This document shows positions 19,355 to 29,476 of a stretch of 64,000 bases of DNA, piece by piece (positions within the stretch are counted from its first letter, which is position 1; every line of letters begins with the position of its first letter). The stretch is from positions 9,132 to 73,131 of the forward strand of contig JANNVX010000001.1 in NCBI GenBank assembly GCA_031414595.1, written 5' to 3'. Source of the DNA: Deinococcales bacterium. Lineage in GTDB: Bacteria > Deinococcota > Deinococci > Deinococcales > JAAFIG01. A program made the position numbers and the translations under genes. The notes under the pieces were generated by a model. That model did not search any database. It was not told the origin of the DNA and saw only the letters and a program-made list of their open reading frames with translations.

Positions 19355-19717
19355 TTAGAAGATTGGTTCGTCTTTGATGGTGGCAACTTCTAGTGGCAAC
19401 TGTACAGCCAGCCAATGCGGTAAATTCATCGTTAGTTCTTTTACAGGTAAGTCTAATAGTGGTAAGTGAAAACCGTACTGATGACCTTCTGGTAAGCAGT
19501 ACAGCGCAGCAATACGCAATTGACAAACCATTTCAGAATCGTTGGAAAGCCAGAAATCTATGTCATCATTAATTTGATAATCTAATGTTTCTTTGTCGTA
19601 CCAGACACCAACAGAAGCCAAATGAGTTTTCAATGGATGCTCATTTAAGTTTAGAGCCTGAACTTGGGTTGGATTGAGACCATTTGTAAAAGCAACTTGA
19701 ATTTGCGTTTCAGACAT
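19355..19717 (-). CDS. Hypothetical protein (120 aa)
   Basis: ATG 19717 with SD GAGGT; AT-rich; no motif recognised. Confidence 0.5.
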   Translation of the reverse strand: MSETQIQVAFTNGLNPTQVQALNLNEHPLKTHLASVGVWYDKETLDYQINDDIDFWLSNDSEMVCQLRIAALYCLPEGHQYGFHLPLLDLPVKELTMNLPHWLAVQLPLEVATIKDEPIF

Positions 19718-19815
19718 AATTACACCTCTAAAGCAGTATAGCATAATTATTACCAAAAAACCATAAACAGAAGTTTTTATTTTTGCAAATAAACGAATGT
19801 TGAGTTTCCCATTTT

Positions 19816-19848
19816 TTAAACTTTGACCGAAGCAGCCATGTTTTTCAT
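19816..19848 (-). pseudogene. Probable AbiEii toxin N-terminal remnant (MKNMAASVKV*)
   Basis: ATGA overlap with the AbiEi stop; resembles typical AbiEii N-termini (KN.AASV...). Confidence 0.55.
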
Positions 19849-20453
19849 GCCAGTACCGTTTCGGTATAAGAACGCATTTTTTGTTCGACCAAGCAGACTT
19901 TGGCGGCGGCAAAAAGTTTTTTTAAGTCACGGTCGGAATGGTTTAAGTAGCTTTTTAAGGCTTCAAGAAAAATACTTCGTTCAATCCGGTGACTTAAATG
20001 CAGCACGTCAGCTAAAGTTTTTTCTTTGGAATAAATCCGAATTTGTCCGCCACCAACAGCATAGGTTTGGATACCATACTCAAATTGTTGAGGCGAAAAA
20101 TAGTACAAAGCAAGCGGGGGATACTCGAGTTTAGGACGACGAGCTTTATTGGCAATGGCTAAGTGAATTTCAGATGGTACAACCGTCCCTAACTGATAAA
20201 AAGCCAAAGCTGAAAGGCAACAAATCACCGCCTTGGGAATTCGCAGCATCACCTCGAGCAAATGGTCTTGGTCTGTACCAGCACTACCAACCAAGCGGTA
20301 CACACCGTACTGAGTGCGTTCCAACAAACCAAGTTTGGTGTAGTAAGAAAGCCAATGGGCTGGCAAATCAGTCCCTTGAATCATTTTGGTGGACACCAAA
20401 CCGTGATGCTGAGCAAATAGGCTCGAAAGGGCTTGTGGTAGAACAGTATTCAT
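19845..20453 (-). CDS. Type IV TA antitoxin AbiEi family
   Basis: GLLER..YGVYRL, AVICCLSAL.FYQL, IYSKEKTLAD. Confidence 0.88.
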   Translation of the reverse strand: MNTVLPQALSSLFAQHHGLVSTKMIQGTDLPAHWLSYYTKLGLLERTQYGVYRLVGSAGTDQDHLLEVMLRIPKAVICCLSALAFYQLGTVVPSEIHLAIANKARRPKLEYPPLALYYFSPQQFEYGIQTYAVGGGQIRIYSKEKTLADVLHLSHRIERSIFLEALKSYLNHSDRDLKKLFAAAKVCLVEQKMRSYTETVLA

Positions 20454-20494
20454 AAAGTGTCGGTAGTTTACCATAATTACCGACACTTTATGAA
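20449..20494. promoter_or_regulatory. 17-bp perfect inverted repeat, probable AbiEi operator
   Basis: TTCATAAAGTGTCGGTA-N12-TACCGACACTTTATGAA overlapping the AbiEi start. Confidence 0.75.
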
Positions 20495-20505
20495 ATTATT
20501 AGAAT

Positions 20506-21096
20506 TTAGGCTTCTCGAGCCGCCGCTATAAAAGCCCTGATTTTACTCGCATCTTTAATTCCAGCCGTACTTTCTACGCCACTCGAGACATCTACACCCC
20601 AAGGCTTAAGTTGCTGCACAGCCTGTCTAACATTGTCTGGATTTAAGCCGCCCGCCAGTAGCCAACGCCGATTTTTAAGGTGTGAAGTGTCCACTGCCCT
20701 CCAATCAAAGACTTGTCCAGACCCCGCCTCAAGACCGTCCAAGAGCAGGGTTTGGGCTGGTGGCATGACCATTTGCAGTTGGTAGGAAACAGCCCGAATG
20801 ACTGGGAAGTGCTGCTCGAGACGGGTCACAAATTCATCGGTTTCTGAGCCGTGTAGCTGTACTGCACTCAGTTGCACTTGCCGAGCAGTTTGCACTATCT
20901 CCTCGAGTGAAACATTTCTAAAAACCCCAATTCTCGAGACCAAGCCACTGATTTGACTCGAGATTCGTGCCGCATTGACTGGCAAAATATAGCGTTTGGT
21001 GTTTGGCACAAAAATAAAACCAATCGCATCTGCCCCAGCTTCTTCACATGCCAGTGCATCCTCAAACCTTGTGATGCCACAAATTTTTATTCGCAT
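20506..21096 (-). CDS. trpF: Phosphoribosylanthranilate isomerase
   Basis: IKICGIT, VQLHGSE, LAGGLNPDNV, GVDVSSGVE. Confidence 0.95.
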   Translation of the reverse strand: MRIKICGITRFEDALACEEAGADAIGFIFVPNTKRYILPVNAARISSQISGLVSRIGVFRNVSLEEIVQTARQVQLSAVQLHGSETDEFVTRLEQHFPVIRAVSYQLQMVMPPAQTLLLDGLEAGSGQVFDWRAVDTSHLKNRRWLLAGGLNPDNVRQAVQQLKPWGVDVSSGVESTAGIKDASKIRAFIAAAREA

Positions 21097-21200
21097 GGCT
21101 CGAGTTTAGCATTCTAAGTATCTCACGCTGGAATGAGAGAATTGACGTTTTTCTGGAAATTCTAAAATGAAAGCGTGAGATACGTTGCCCTTACTCCTTT

Positions 21201-21330
21201 TCTTGACCACATACGCGCACCTGTCTTGCACCTAAAACATGACCCCTAAAGCAGCACCTTCTTGACCCCTAAAGCAGCACCTATCGGGCTTGGGTCGCTT
21301 CGGGCTTGGTGCGCTTCGGGCGTGGTCGCT
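21201..21330. repeat. Compound tandem repeat (22-23-nt units, then 15-16-nt units)
   Basis: TCTTGACCACATACGCGCACCT; (TCT)TGACCCCTAAAGCAGCACCT x2; TCGGGCTTGGGTCGCT-like x3. Confidence 0.85.
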
Positions 21331-21433
21331 TGGTCCGAAATGGTTTAGGAAAAAAACTCTAAAACATTTCAGGGTTGTACTTAACAGCGAAGCACCCCAT
21401 GGCACGTTTGGTTTATGACACAAGTGAAACACC

Positions 21434-21536
21434 TGACAAAAGCCTGACTAAACACTGTAGTTTTGGCTTCTAAAATCAGTATGCTTCTGGTTTTTTGTTT
21501 CACTGAACAACAAAAAAACCTGACTCGAAATTGACA
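21434..21536 (+). promoter_or_regulatory. Pho-box-like direct repeats upstream of alkaline phosphatase
   Basis: TGAC pairs spaced 11 bp at 21434/21445 and 21521/21532. Confidence 0.45.
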
Positions 21537-21610
21537 AAGGCAAGTTACATTCATTCCGAAAGCGGCAAAATCAACATTGCTGTAGTAGTAAAACCTTCGG
21601 AGGTAAGACC

Positions 21611-23119
21611 ATGAATCGTAGACAAGTGATTAAATCAAGCGTTTTGGCTGGTGTAGCCAGTGCATTGGCAAGCCAAACTGCCCAAGCCCAAAGCAATGAC
21701 CCAGCCATCATCAATAAAGCCCGTAATGTCATTTTGTTTGCTTATGACGGCTTTGGCTGGGATGATTATGCGATTGCCCAGTTTTATGCCCGTCGGGTTT
21801 TGGGTCGCCCACTCGCCCTCGAGCGCTTGCTCAAAACCAGCCCAAACGGGCTTCAGAACACCAACAGCCTGACTGCTTTTGTGACCGAATCATCAGCCGC
21901 CGGCAATGCTTGGAGTACAGGTGTCAAAACCGTCAATGGTGGCGTAGCAATGCACATTGATGGCACAAAACTGACTCCAATTTTTGCTTCGGCAAAACAA
22001 ATGGGTAAAGCTGTCGGTTTAGTGACCACAGCCACCGTGACCCATGCCACTCCAGCCACTTTTATCATCAATAACCCAGACCGCAATGCCGAAGAATTGA
22101 TCGCCGAGCAGTACCTCGAGTTTGGCGCAGATGTTTACCTCGGTGGTGGAAGCCGCTTCTTTGACGCTGCTGTGCGCCGTGACAAAAAAGACCTTTATGC
22201 TGCCTTTGCTGCCAAAGGCTATGGCGTGGTCAAAACCAAAGCCGAACTGATGAATTCAAACGCTTCAAAATTACTCGGTATTTTCTCGAGCAGCCATGTG
22301 CCTTATGAAATTGATCGTCGTTTCCAAAGCGTAGACGCACCAAGCCTAAACGACATGACCAAAAAAGCCTTGCCGATTCTGGCAGCCAGCAAAAACGGTT
22401 TTGTATTGCAAGTCGAGGCGGCTCGGATTGACCACGCTGGACACTTAAACGACGCGGCTGCCCTGATGTGGGACATCATCGCCGCTGACGAAGCCCTCGA
22501 GACGCTGATGGCATTTGTAGACCAGAACCCAGATACAATCTTGATTCTTGGGTCTGACCACGCTTGTGGCAATGGCGCACTATATGGCGCTGGTGGAACT
22601 TACCGCGCCTCGAGTAAGGGTATTGATTTGCTGGCAAACCAAAAAGGTAGCCTCGAGTTAATCCAAGCCCGTCTTGGTGCAACCCCAACCGTTGATCAAG
22701 TCAGCGAAATCTACCGCACCGTTAAAGGCATGGCAATCACTCCAGTCCAAGCCCAAATCGTGGTGGATGCAATCACTAAGCGTGTCTTTTTGCCTGACAG
22801 CGTGCGCTACAGTGTTCAACCCAGCAATACGCTGGCTTGGGTGATGAACCAAACTGACATCGCCAATCCAGACCGCCCAAACATTGGTTTTCACTCGGGT
22901 CAGCACACCGCTACCCCAACGATGTTTGCAGTTTACGGTAAGAACCTAGGCACAGCCCGTATTGGTTTAGTAGACAATACTTATACCTACACCCTGATGG
23001 CTCGTTTACTCGGTATTCGCCTCAAAAACCCAGTCATGAGCGAACAAGAAGCCTTGGCAATTCTTGCCCCCAAGACCCTGACCGCCATTTATCATCCGGC
23101 CGATATTATCGCTGGCTAA
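21611..23119 (+). CDS. phoA: Alkaline phosphatase, Tat signal
   Basis: MNRRQVIK; ILFAYDG, VTESSAAG, THATPA, VEAARIDHAGH, SDH. Confidence 0.9.
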   Translation: MNRRQVIKSSVLAGVASALASQTAQAQSNDPAIINKARNVILFAYDGFGWDDYAIAQFYARRVLGRPLALERLLKTSPNGLQNTNSLTAFVTESSAAGNAWSTGVKTVNGGVAMHIDGTKLTPIFASAKQMGKAVGLVTTATVTHATPATFIINNPDRNAEELIAEQYLEFGADVYLGGGSRFFDAAVRRDKKDLYAAFAAKGYGVVKTKAELMNSNASKLLGIFSSSHVPYEIDRRFQSVDAPSLNDMTKKALPILAASKNGFVLQVEAARIDHAGHLNDAAALMWDIIAADEALETLMAFVDQNPDTILILGSDHACGNGALYGAGGTYRASSKGIDLLANQKGSLELIQARLGATPTVDQVSEIYRTVKGMAITPVQAQIVVDAITKRVFLPDSVRYSVQPSNTLAWVMNQTDIANPDRPNIGFHSGQHTATPTMFAVYGKNLGTARIGLVDNTYTYTLMARLLGIRLKNPVMSEQEALAILAPKTLTAIYHPADIIAG

Positions 23120-23180
23120 AAAGCCGTTTTAGTTTGAGGGAAGGCATTGCCTTCCCTTTTAGCATTGAGGGAGGTCGGTT

Positions 23181-23615
23181 ATGAATCGTAGAGAAGTGCT
23201 TGGTGCAGGGGTAGCAATGGCTGTGACCAGCCAAGCCTTGGCGCAAAGTGTGCCTCGGGTTAAAATTATAGAACTCGAGAAACTATCAAAAGATTGGGAT
23301 GACGCAGAATTCAAGTTCCAAGGCGAAGCCTGTGTTCTGGTGCGTGTGCCTGCGCCAAAGCAAACCAATGCTCGGTTGTTTGAGCATCAAAAAGTGTTTT
23401 ACAGTGCCTACAGCCGCACTTGTACCCACAATGGTTGCATTTCCCAGTTGCCCAATGGTTTACGGCAACTCGAGTGTGGATGTCACGGCAGTGCTTTTAA
23501 CGCCTTGGATGGTAGCGTGATAATGGGTCCTGCCAGTCGTGCTTTACGGGCTGTCAAACTCGAGGTTGAAGCGGGTAACTTTTATGCTGTAGCATGGCTG
23601 ATTGATCAAAAATAA
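23181..23615 (+). CDS. Tat-exported Rieske [2Fe-2S] protein
   Basis: MNRREVL; CTHNGC...CGCHGS.F...GPA.RAL. Confidence 0.88.
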   Translation: MNRREVLGAGVAMAVTSQALAQSVPRVKIIELEKLSKDWDDAEFKFQGEACVLVRVPAPKQTNARLFEHQKVFYSAYSRTCTHNGCISQLPNGLRQLECGCHGSAFNALDGSVIMGPASRALRAVKLEVEAGNFYAVAWLIDQK

Positions 23616-23875
23616 ACTCTTACTTTGCGTAGATGGTGTATCACGCCCAAATGTGCTATCCAACAAGAAAACTGATGGTCGCACCATGAGGACTTTAATA
23701 GATTTTAAGGCATGACAAGGGTGTTGGTTGCCCTTGTCGTTTTCGTTACAATACTTTCCATGCTCAATGCCAAACTTGAGGAAGTCCAACAAGCTGAAAA
23801 TCAGAGTGTGTTGTCAGAACACCCAGACCTCGAGTACGCCAATGCTTTTGTTTTGTCGTTGTATGGGAATGTCTG

Positions 23876-25216
23876 ATGCAAAATCAATTATTAAAAACCA
23901 TTCAAACCCTGCAAGGCGAAATTTACTTGGTTGGCGGCTCAGTCCGTGACACGATGCTGGGTTTGCCTGTTAAAGATGCCGATTATATTGTCACGGGGAT
24001 TGATTTTTTAACCCTAAGAACCAATCTCGAGACTTGGGCGCGAGTAGATGTGGTCGGGGCAAGTTTTGGAGTCTTAAAAGTCACCTACAATGACCTCACT
24101 GTAGACGTGGCATTACCACGCACCGAACGCAGTACAGGGATTCATCACCGAGATTTTGAAGTCACCTTTAACCCAAGTCTGCCTGTTGAAGCCGACCTCG
24201 CAAGGCGTGATTTTACGGTCAATGCCATGGCGGTGCGTTTGCGTGACCAAGTGCTGATAGACCCTTTTAACGGTCAATCTGACCTCAAGCAGAAAAAATT
24301 GTGTGCAGTTGGTAACGCCACCGAGCGTTTTTCCGAAGACCCATTGCGGATGTTGCGCTTAGCCCGATTTGTGGCAAAACTTGGTTTTACCGTGGATGCC
24401 CAAACCCTAAACGCCACTCGAGAACTTGCCCCTTTGGTCTCGAGTGTTGCACCCGAACGAATTCAAAACGAATTACTGGGTTTACTGAACTGCCAAAATA
24501 ATCTACTCCCTGCGCTGCGTTTACTGCGTGACACGGGTTTACTCGAGCAAATCATGCCAGAGTACACGGTCTGTTTTGGGTTTGACCAACAAAATCCGTA
24601 TCACCATTTAAGTTTAGATGAACACATGTTCCAAACCGTGGTTTTTGCGGCTGAGTCCAGTGCCGAAGTCAAACTGGCAGCTTTGCTACATGACATTGGT
24701 AAACCTGCCACCCAAGTTTTTAGCGATGATGGTGTGGCACATTATTATCACCATGAAACTCGAGGGGCGGACATTACAAAAAGTATTTTACTGCGCTTGA
24801 AATGCTCGAACGACCTGCTTGAGATGGTGGTTAAATTGGTGCGTCATCACATGCGCCCACCGATTCCAAGCAGCCACAAAGCCCTTAGAAAATTTGTCAA
24901 TGACCTTGGGATTTATGCCGCATCTGCCCTCGAGTTACGCCGTGCAGACCGCTTGGCGCATGCCCCAGAACTGACGTGGAACGCGGATTTTTGGATCAAA
25001 GAAACCATGCGGCGTTGTGCGGATTTTCCACCAGACCTAGAAACTTTTGACGAACGCGAATTAGCTGTCAGTGGCTTAGAATTGATAGACCGTTTTGGTT
25101 TGGTTGGCTCGCAGATTGGTGCGGCTAAAAAAGCGGCTGCCAACGCGATTATTGAAGGTGACTTGGAGAATGAAAAAACGGCAATTTTAGCTTGGCTCGA
25201 GACGAATCGTTTCTAA
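23876..25216 (+). CDS. cca: CCA-adding/poly(A) polymerase family nucleotidyltransferase with HD domain
   Basis: VGGSVRD, DAD, DLARRDFTVNAMA, EDPLRMLR, LLHDIGK. Confidence 0.85.
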   Translation: MQNQLLKTIQTLQGEIYLVGGSVRDTMLGLPVKDADYIVTGIDFLTLRTNLETWARVDVVGASFGVLKVTYNDLTVDVALPRTERSTGIHHRDFEVTFNPSLPVEADLARRDFTVNAMAVRLRDQVLIDPFNGQSDLKQKKLCAVGNATERFSEDPLRMLRLARFVAKLGFTVDAQTLNATRELAPLVSSVAPERIQNELLGLLNCQNNLLPALRLLRDTGLLEQIMPEYTVCFGFDQQNPYHHLSLDEHMFQTVVFAAESSAEVKLAALLHDIGKPATQVFSDDGVAHYYHHETRGADITKSILLRLKCSNDLLEMVVKLVRHHMRPPIPSSHKALRKFVNDLGIYAASALELRRADRLAHAPELTWNADFWIKETMRRCADFPPDLETFDERELAVSGLELIDRFGLVGSQIGAAKKAAANAIIEGDLENEKTAILAWLETNRF

Positions 25217-25290
25217 GCCTAGGGTACATACTGTCATTTTGCCAAAAATCGTAGGGATGAGGCATGCCTCATCCCATGATTGTTAAAACT

Positions 25291-26244
25291 TTAGAATTGG
25301 AAAGCGGCTGGCACAAATTCGTAGCCGCCAAAGTTGCGTCTGCGGATGTAGCCGACCCCCGGGAATGGGAAGTGATAACCCGTGACCAGCATTCTTTCGG
25401 CGGCTACTCGACGGAATAAACTGGCTCGAGTCTTAACTGCCATTGGCTTGTCGGTGTCAAAGCCGAGGTAAGCACTTGGGTAGTTAAGGCTGAGTAAAAA
25501 GTGTCCGGCTGCGTCGCCCATAATCATCATTTGGGCTGTACCACTCGAGACCAAGACACTTTGATGCCCGAGGGTGTGTCCAGGTGAACCTACGGTGCTA
25601 AGTCCGGGGACGATTTCCACACCATCACGAATTAATTTCAGTTTTTCGCTTTGCGAGACGATATTTTTAGTAATTCCAGCCCCAACTACGCCTGTAGCGG
25701 GTTTGGTCCAGAAGGTGTGTTCGGTTTCGCCAGCAATAATTTGGGCTTTCGGGAAAATCGCTTGGGTTTGAGCGTTGGTCAAACCGTTGATATGGTCGCC
25801 GTGGAAGTGTGTCAGGTAAACCGTGTCAATGTCTTCGGGCTTATAACCAGCCAGTGCTAAGTGGTTCAGTAAACGCCCCGTTGGAGCGTTGGCGTTGACA
25901 CCATTACCAGAGTCAATCAGGACTTTGTTTTTGCCAGTGTCCACCAACACAGGATGGAAATTATTACGAACTGCTGCCACATCAATATAATTGGCTTTTA
26001 GGGTGGCTTTGAATTCGTCTTGCAATTCTGGATTCGCGCCCCAGTTGGGTAGCAATGCCGCAGGGTTGCCTTGTCCATCGGACAGCACCACGACTGTAAA
26101 TTCCCCAACCTTAATGCGGTTAAAACCCGCACCGTTTGGAATCACTAGGTTGCTTTGTGCGTTGCTCACGCTTACCCCACCAATGGTTGCGACTGCGCTT
26201 GCCAAGCCAAGTGTTTTTAATGCCTCACGTCTCGAGATGCCCAT
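25291..26244 (-). CDS. Metallo-beta-lactamase fold hydrolase, Tat signal
   Basis: SRREALK; THFHGDH, PGHT.GH, GDA, YHFPFPG. Confidence 0.9.
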   Translation of the reverse strand: MGISRREALKTLGLASAVATIGGVSVSNAQSNLVIPNGAGFNRIKVGEFTVVVLSDGQGNPAALLPNWGANPELQDEFKATLKANYIDVAAVRNNFHPVLVDTGKNKVLIDSGNGVNANAPTGRLLNHLALAGYKPEDIDTVYLTHFHGDHINGLTNAQTQAIFPKAQIIAGETEHTFWTKPATGVVGAGITKNIVSQSEKLKLIRDGVEIVPGLSTVGSPGHTLGHQSVLVSSGTAQMMIMGDAAGHFLLSLNYPSAYLGFDTDKPMAVKTRASLFRRVAAERMLVTGYHFPFPGVGYIRRRNFGGYEFVPAAFQF

Positions 26245-26339
26245 AATTAGCTCCTTTTGTTTCCTCTAAGAAGCTACTTGAGATAGACTTATTGTACAGC
26301 TTTACAGAATACCTCAAACCTGTGTATCACCTTACAAAA

Positions 26340-26894
26340 TTATGGTCTCGAGTCAAGAATTGGTAATTGCTGCATAACTGCAATTTCAATTTTGGGTTGC
26401 CCATGACTAAAAGCCGCTACGCGCCCATGTGGTTTTCCACCAGCCCGTAAAATCATCTTCTCGAGCGAGGCAATTGTGCCGCCACTGGCAACCACATCCA
26501 GCACAATCGTAACGTTTTTACCGCGCAAGTTAGCAGCGTGTCGTAAATCCAACCACAGGGTTTCGCCCACCCCTAAAGTCATGCTTTGGACATCTTGAAT
26601 AATCGGGTCGTGCATGTACGGACGACGGCGTTTACGCGCCACTTCATACGGTAAGTTCATCATTTCGGCTAAAGAATGCACATAAGGAATACTCGAGGTT
26701 TCGCAAGTAAACAGCACTTGAGTCCCTTCAGGAATCAGCGCAACCGTAGCCGCCGCAGCCGCTCGAGCCAATTGAGTATCGCCCAGAAATTCCACCAAGG
26801 GCAATCGGGTGGTTGGCGTTGGACGCACCAAGGGCAATTCACGACTCAAGTCCCCAATGATGAGGGTGAAGGTTTCGGTCGGTGTGGCAGTCAT
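26340..26894 (-). CDS. Phosphoribosyltransferase (APRT-like)
   Basis: ARKRR, IVLDVVASGGT. Confidence 0.85.
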   Translation of the reverse strand: MTATPTETFTLIIGDLSRELPLVRPTPTTRLPLVEFLGDTQLARAAAAATVALIPEGTQVLFTCETSSIPYVHSLAEMMNLPYEVARKRRRPYMHDPIIQDVQSMTLGVGETLWLDLRHAANLRGKNVTIVLDVVASGGTIASLEKMILRAGGKPHGRVAAFSHGQPKIEIAVMQQLPILDSRP

Positions 26895-26955
26895 GATGAA
26901 CTCCTTTTTGAGCTTTGAAATATATGTCTCGAGCTTGCAAAAACTGCTCTGTGCC

Positions 26956-27489
26956 TCACTCTAAATACAACGGTAAATGCCCAAGAGCAATCACGTCGTC
27001 TCGAGGGTCGCCTTCGGTAAAAACCGCCAAAGTAGCATCCACTGAACCGCCAATATCGGTGATTAGGGCGCTTAAACTGCGGAGTGTGCCGCCGGTACTA
27101 ACAACATCATCTATGACAGCAACACGCTTATTTTTTATTTTTGGAATGTCAAAACCGTCAATCACCAAAAGTTGTGGTTTGCCTGTGGTAATGCTCAGCA
27201 CTTCTCGAGTCACAGGTTGGTGCATATAGGGTTTCTGGGTTTTACGCGCCACGATATACGGAATACCAAGGATTCTCGAGATGACATGGGCAAGGGTCAC
27301 GGCTTTGACTTCTGGTGTGACCAGCACCTCAATACCTTTGGGCAGCAGGGCAGCCAAGGCTTTGCCAGCTTCTTCGGTCAGTTCGGTATCGCCAAGTAAA
27401 TTAAGCAATGCCACCGACACGCCGGGGGCGACGCTAATGACTGGGAGTTCACGATGCAATGAGCCAATTTGAACAGGATGGGTTTTCAC
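26956..27489 (-). CDS. Phosphoribosyltransferase (APRT-like)
   Basis: [18 protein letters not shown]-binding motif. Confidence 0.88.
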   Translation of the reverse strand: MKTHPVQIGSLHRELPVISVAPGVSVALLNLLGDTELTEEAGKALAALLPKGIEVLVTPEVKAVTLAHVISRILGIPYIVARKTQKPYMHQPVTREVLSITTGKPQLLVIDGFDIPKIKNKRVAVIDDVVSTGGTLRSLSALITDIGGSVDATLAVFTEGDPRDDVIALGHLPLYLE

Positions 27490-27548
27490 GATTTTGTATT
27501 GTACCGCGTTTGACTCGAAAACGCTTTAGTCGCGTAATCGCATTCGCT

Positions 27549-28490
27549 TTAGTCGCGTAATTTCTTGGCGGCTTCAATTAGGGCTGGCATAATCGCATGT
27601 AAATCACCAATGATTCCGTAATCAGCCACCTTAAAAATCGGCGCTTCGGCATCTTTATTGATTGCCACGATGTTCTTGGATTTTCCCATGCCCGATAAGT
27701 GCTGCACCGCCCCAGAGACACCAACGGCAATGTAGGCGTTTGGCTGTACCGTTTTGCCAGTCTGCCCGACTTGTTCGCCGTAAGGTCGCCACCCTGCGTC
27801 CACGGCGGCTCGAGTAGCACCAACCCCCGCCCCAAGCACATCGGCAAGGCTTTCGATTAAAGCAAAGTTCTCTGGTGAACCCAGTCCGCGCCCGCCCGTC
27901 ACCACCAGACTGGCTTCGGTTAGGGCAACTCGAGATGTTTTCTCGACGGTGCGCCCCAAGACAGTGACTCCACTGGCAGTTAGCTCGAGTTTAACTTCAA
28001 AAATTTCGCCCGCGCTGCTGTTTGCTTCCGCCACCACTTGGGTGTTGGGTTTAACGCTGCACACCACAATCGGAGCAATTGCCTCGAGGGTTTCTGTGAC
28101 CCGAGCCAGATAAGCATAATGCTGAATTTGCAAACCGCCTTCGATATTGGTGAGTACAGTCGCATCCTCGAGATACGGAGCATCTAAGCGCACAGCTACC
28201 CGAGGCGCGATTTCACGTCCGCCTCGAGAACCTGCCATCAGTACCAAAGTCGCTTCGGCTTGTTCGCTCAGGTCGCTCACAGCTTGCGCCATATTTTTTG
28301 CACCGACTAGCAGTGCATCTTCGCAAACCAGCACTTGACTGGCATACTGGGCGGCTTGGAGTGCCACACCGCCAGCCCCAGTCCCAAGCAGCACCGCCGT
28401 TACACTGTCCTCGAGTCGTTGGGCTGCCCCTAGAATCTCGAGCGCACTTTTTTTAAGTTTTGTATCAAATTCGCAAACAACTAAAATCAT
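27549..28490 (-). CDS. etfA: Electron transfer flavoprotein alpha subunit
   Basis: [37 protein letters not shown]. Confidence 0.96.
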   Translation of the reverse strand: MILVVCEFDTKLKKSALEILGAAQRLEDSVTAVLLGTGAGGVALQAAQYASQVLVCEDALLVGAKNMAQAVSDLSEQAEATLVLMAGSRGGREIAPRVAVRLDAPYLEDATVLTNIEGGLQIQHYAYLARVTETLEAIAPIVVCSVKPNTQVVAEANSSAGEIFEVKLELTASGVTVLGRTVEKTSRVALTEASLVVTGGRGLGSPENFALIESLADVLGAGVGATRAAVDAGWRPYGEQVGQTGKTVQPNAYIAVGVSGAVQHLSGMGKSKNIVAINKDAEAPIFKVADYGIIGDLHAIMPALIEAAKKLRD

Positions 28491-28551
28491 GTCGGTCTCC
28501 TTTTTAGCTTCTAGTCTTTAGCTAATAACTAGCAGCTAGTAGCTACTAGCT

Positions 28552-29304
28552 CTAAATCACTTTGGCTTCTTCGTGTAGCAACCTAATCAATTCATTTGCT
28601 GCCGTTACTGGGTCTTTGCCGTCAAGCAATTTATTTAAGCGTGGGCGTTCTTGAATTTCTTGGGAAACAATTCGCACTTTGCTGTTGGTAATGCCGTACT
28701 GCTCGGGGGTGGTTTTGCGAATTTCTTTTTTCTTGGCTTTCATGATGTTTGGTAAAGTCGGGTAACGCGGTTCATTCAGCCCTTGTTGGGTGGTGATAAT
28801 CGCAGGTAATGCCAGTTCAAGGCTTTCTTTGCCATCGTCGGTGTCATGGGTGGCTTTGGCGATACCATCGGCAAGGGTCAGTTCGGTTGTCCATGTAATC
28901 TGATTCCAGCCCAAGGCTTCGGCTAAGGCTGCACCAAGGGCTTGCGAGTCGGTATCGGCGTGTTGCCCACCAACAAAAACCAAGTCTGGGGCTTCCTCGA
29001 GAACCACGGCTTTGAGGATTTGGGCTTGCGAAACCACATCAAGCAGCAAATCGGTTTCGATATGAACGGCTCGCTCGAGTCCCATGGCGAGACTGCGGCG
29101 AATTGCATCTTCAAAACGGGTATTGCCAAGGGCGACCGCAACCGTGTTTGCACCGCCTTCGTTGATACGAAGAGCCTGTTCGACCCCGTATTCATCCATG
29201 CCGTCGAGCGCCATGGTTGCCCCGTCTAGGTCAACTTTGCCTAAAGCGGCTTTGACTTTGGCTTCTGCATCTGGAACTTGTCTGATTAAGCAAAGAATTT
29301 TCAT
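28552..29304 (-). CDS. etfB: Electron transfer flavoprotein beta subunit
   Basis: IRQVPD, DEYGVEQAL, LNEPRYPTLPNIMKAKKK. Confidence 0.96.
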   Translation of the reverse strand: MKILCLIRQVPDAEAKVKAALGKVDLDGATMALDGMDEYGVEQALRINEGGANTVAVALGNTRFEDAIRRSLAMGLERAVHIETDLLLDVVSQAQILKAVVLEEAPDLVFVGGQHADTDSQALGAALAEALGWNQITWTTELTLADGIAKATHDTDDGKESLELALPAIITTQQGLNEPRYPTLPNIMKAKKKEIRKTTPEQYGITNSKVRIVSQEIQERPRLNKLLDGKDPVTAANELIRLLHEEAKVI

Positions 29305-29328
29305 TCTGTCTCTCCTTTTGGGACTATA

Positions 29329-29345
29329 TTTATACTCGGTCTAAA
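29329..29345. promoter_or_regulatory. Imperfect palindrome upstream of etfB, possible TetR-type (FadR-like) operator
   Basis: TTTATACTCGGTCTAAA. Confidence 0.4.
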
Positions 29346-29476
29346 AATAATACAAATAAAACCACCTCGAAATTGTCCCACAAAAAATTCGCAGTGTCTT
29401 TTCAGAGTGTACTCGAGACCAAAGAACTATTGAAAAAACAAAAAGGTGAAGTCAACAACCTTCACCTTTTTGCCTC

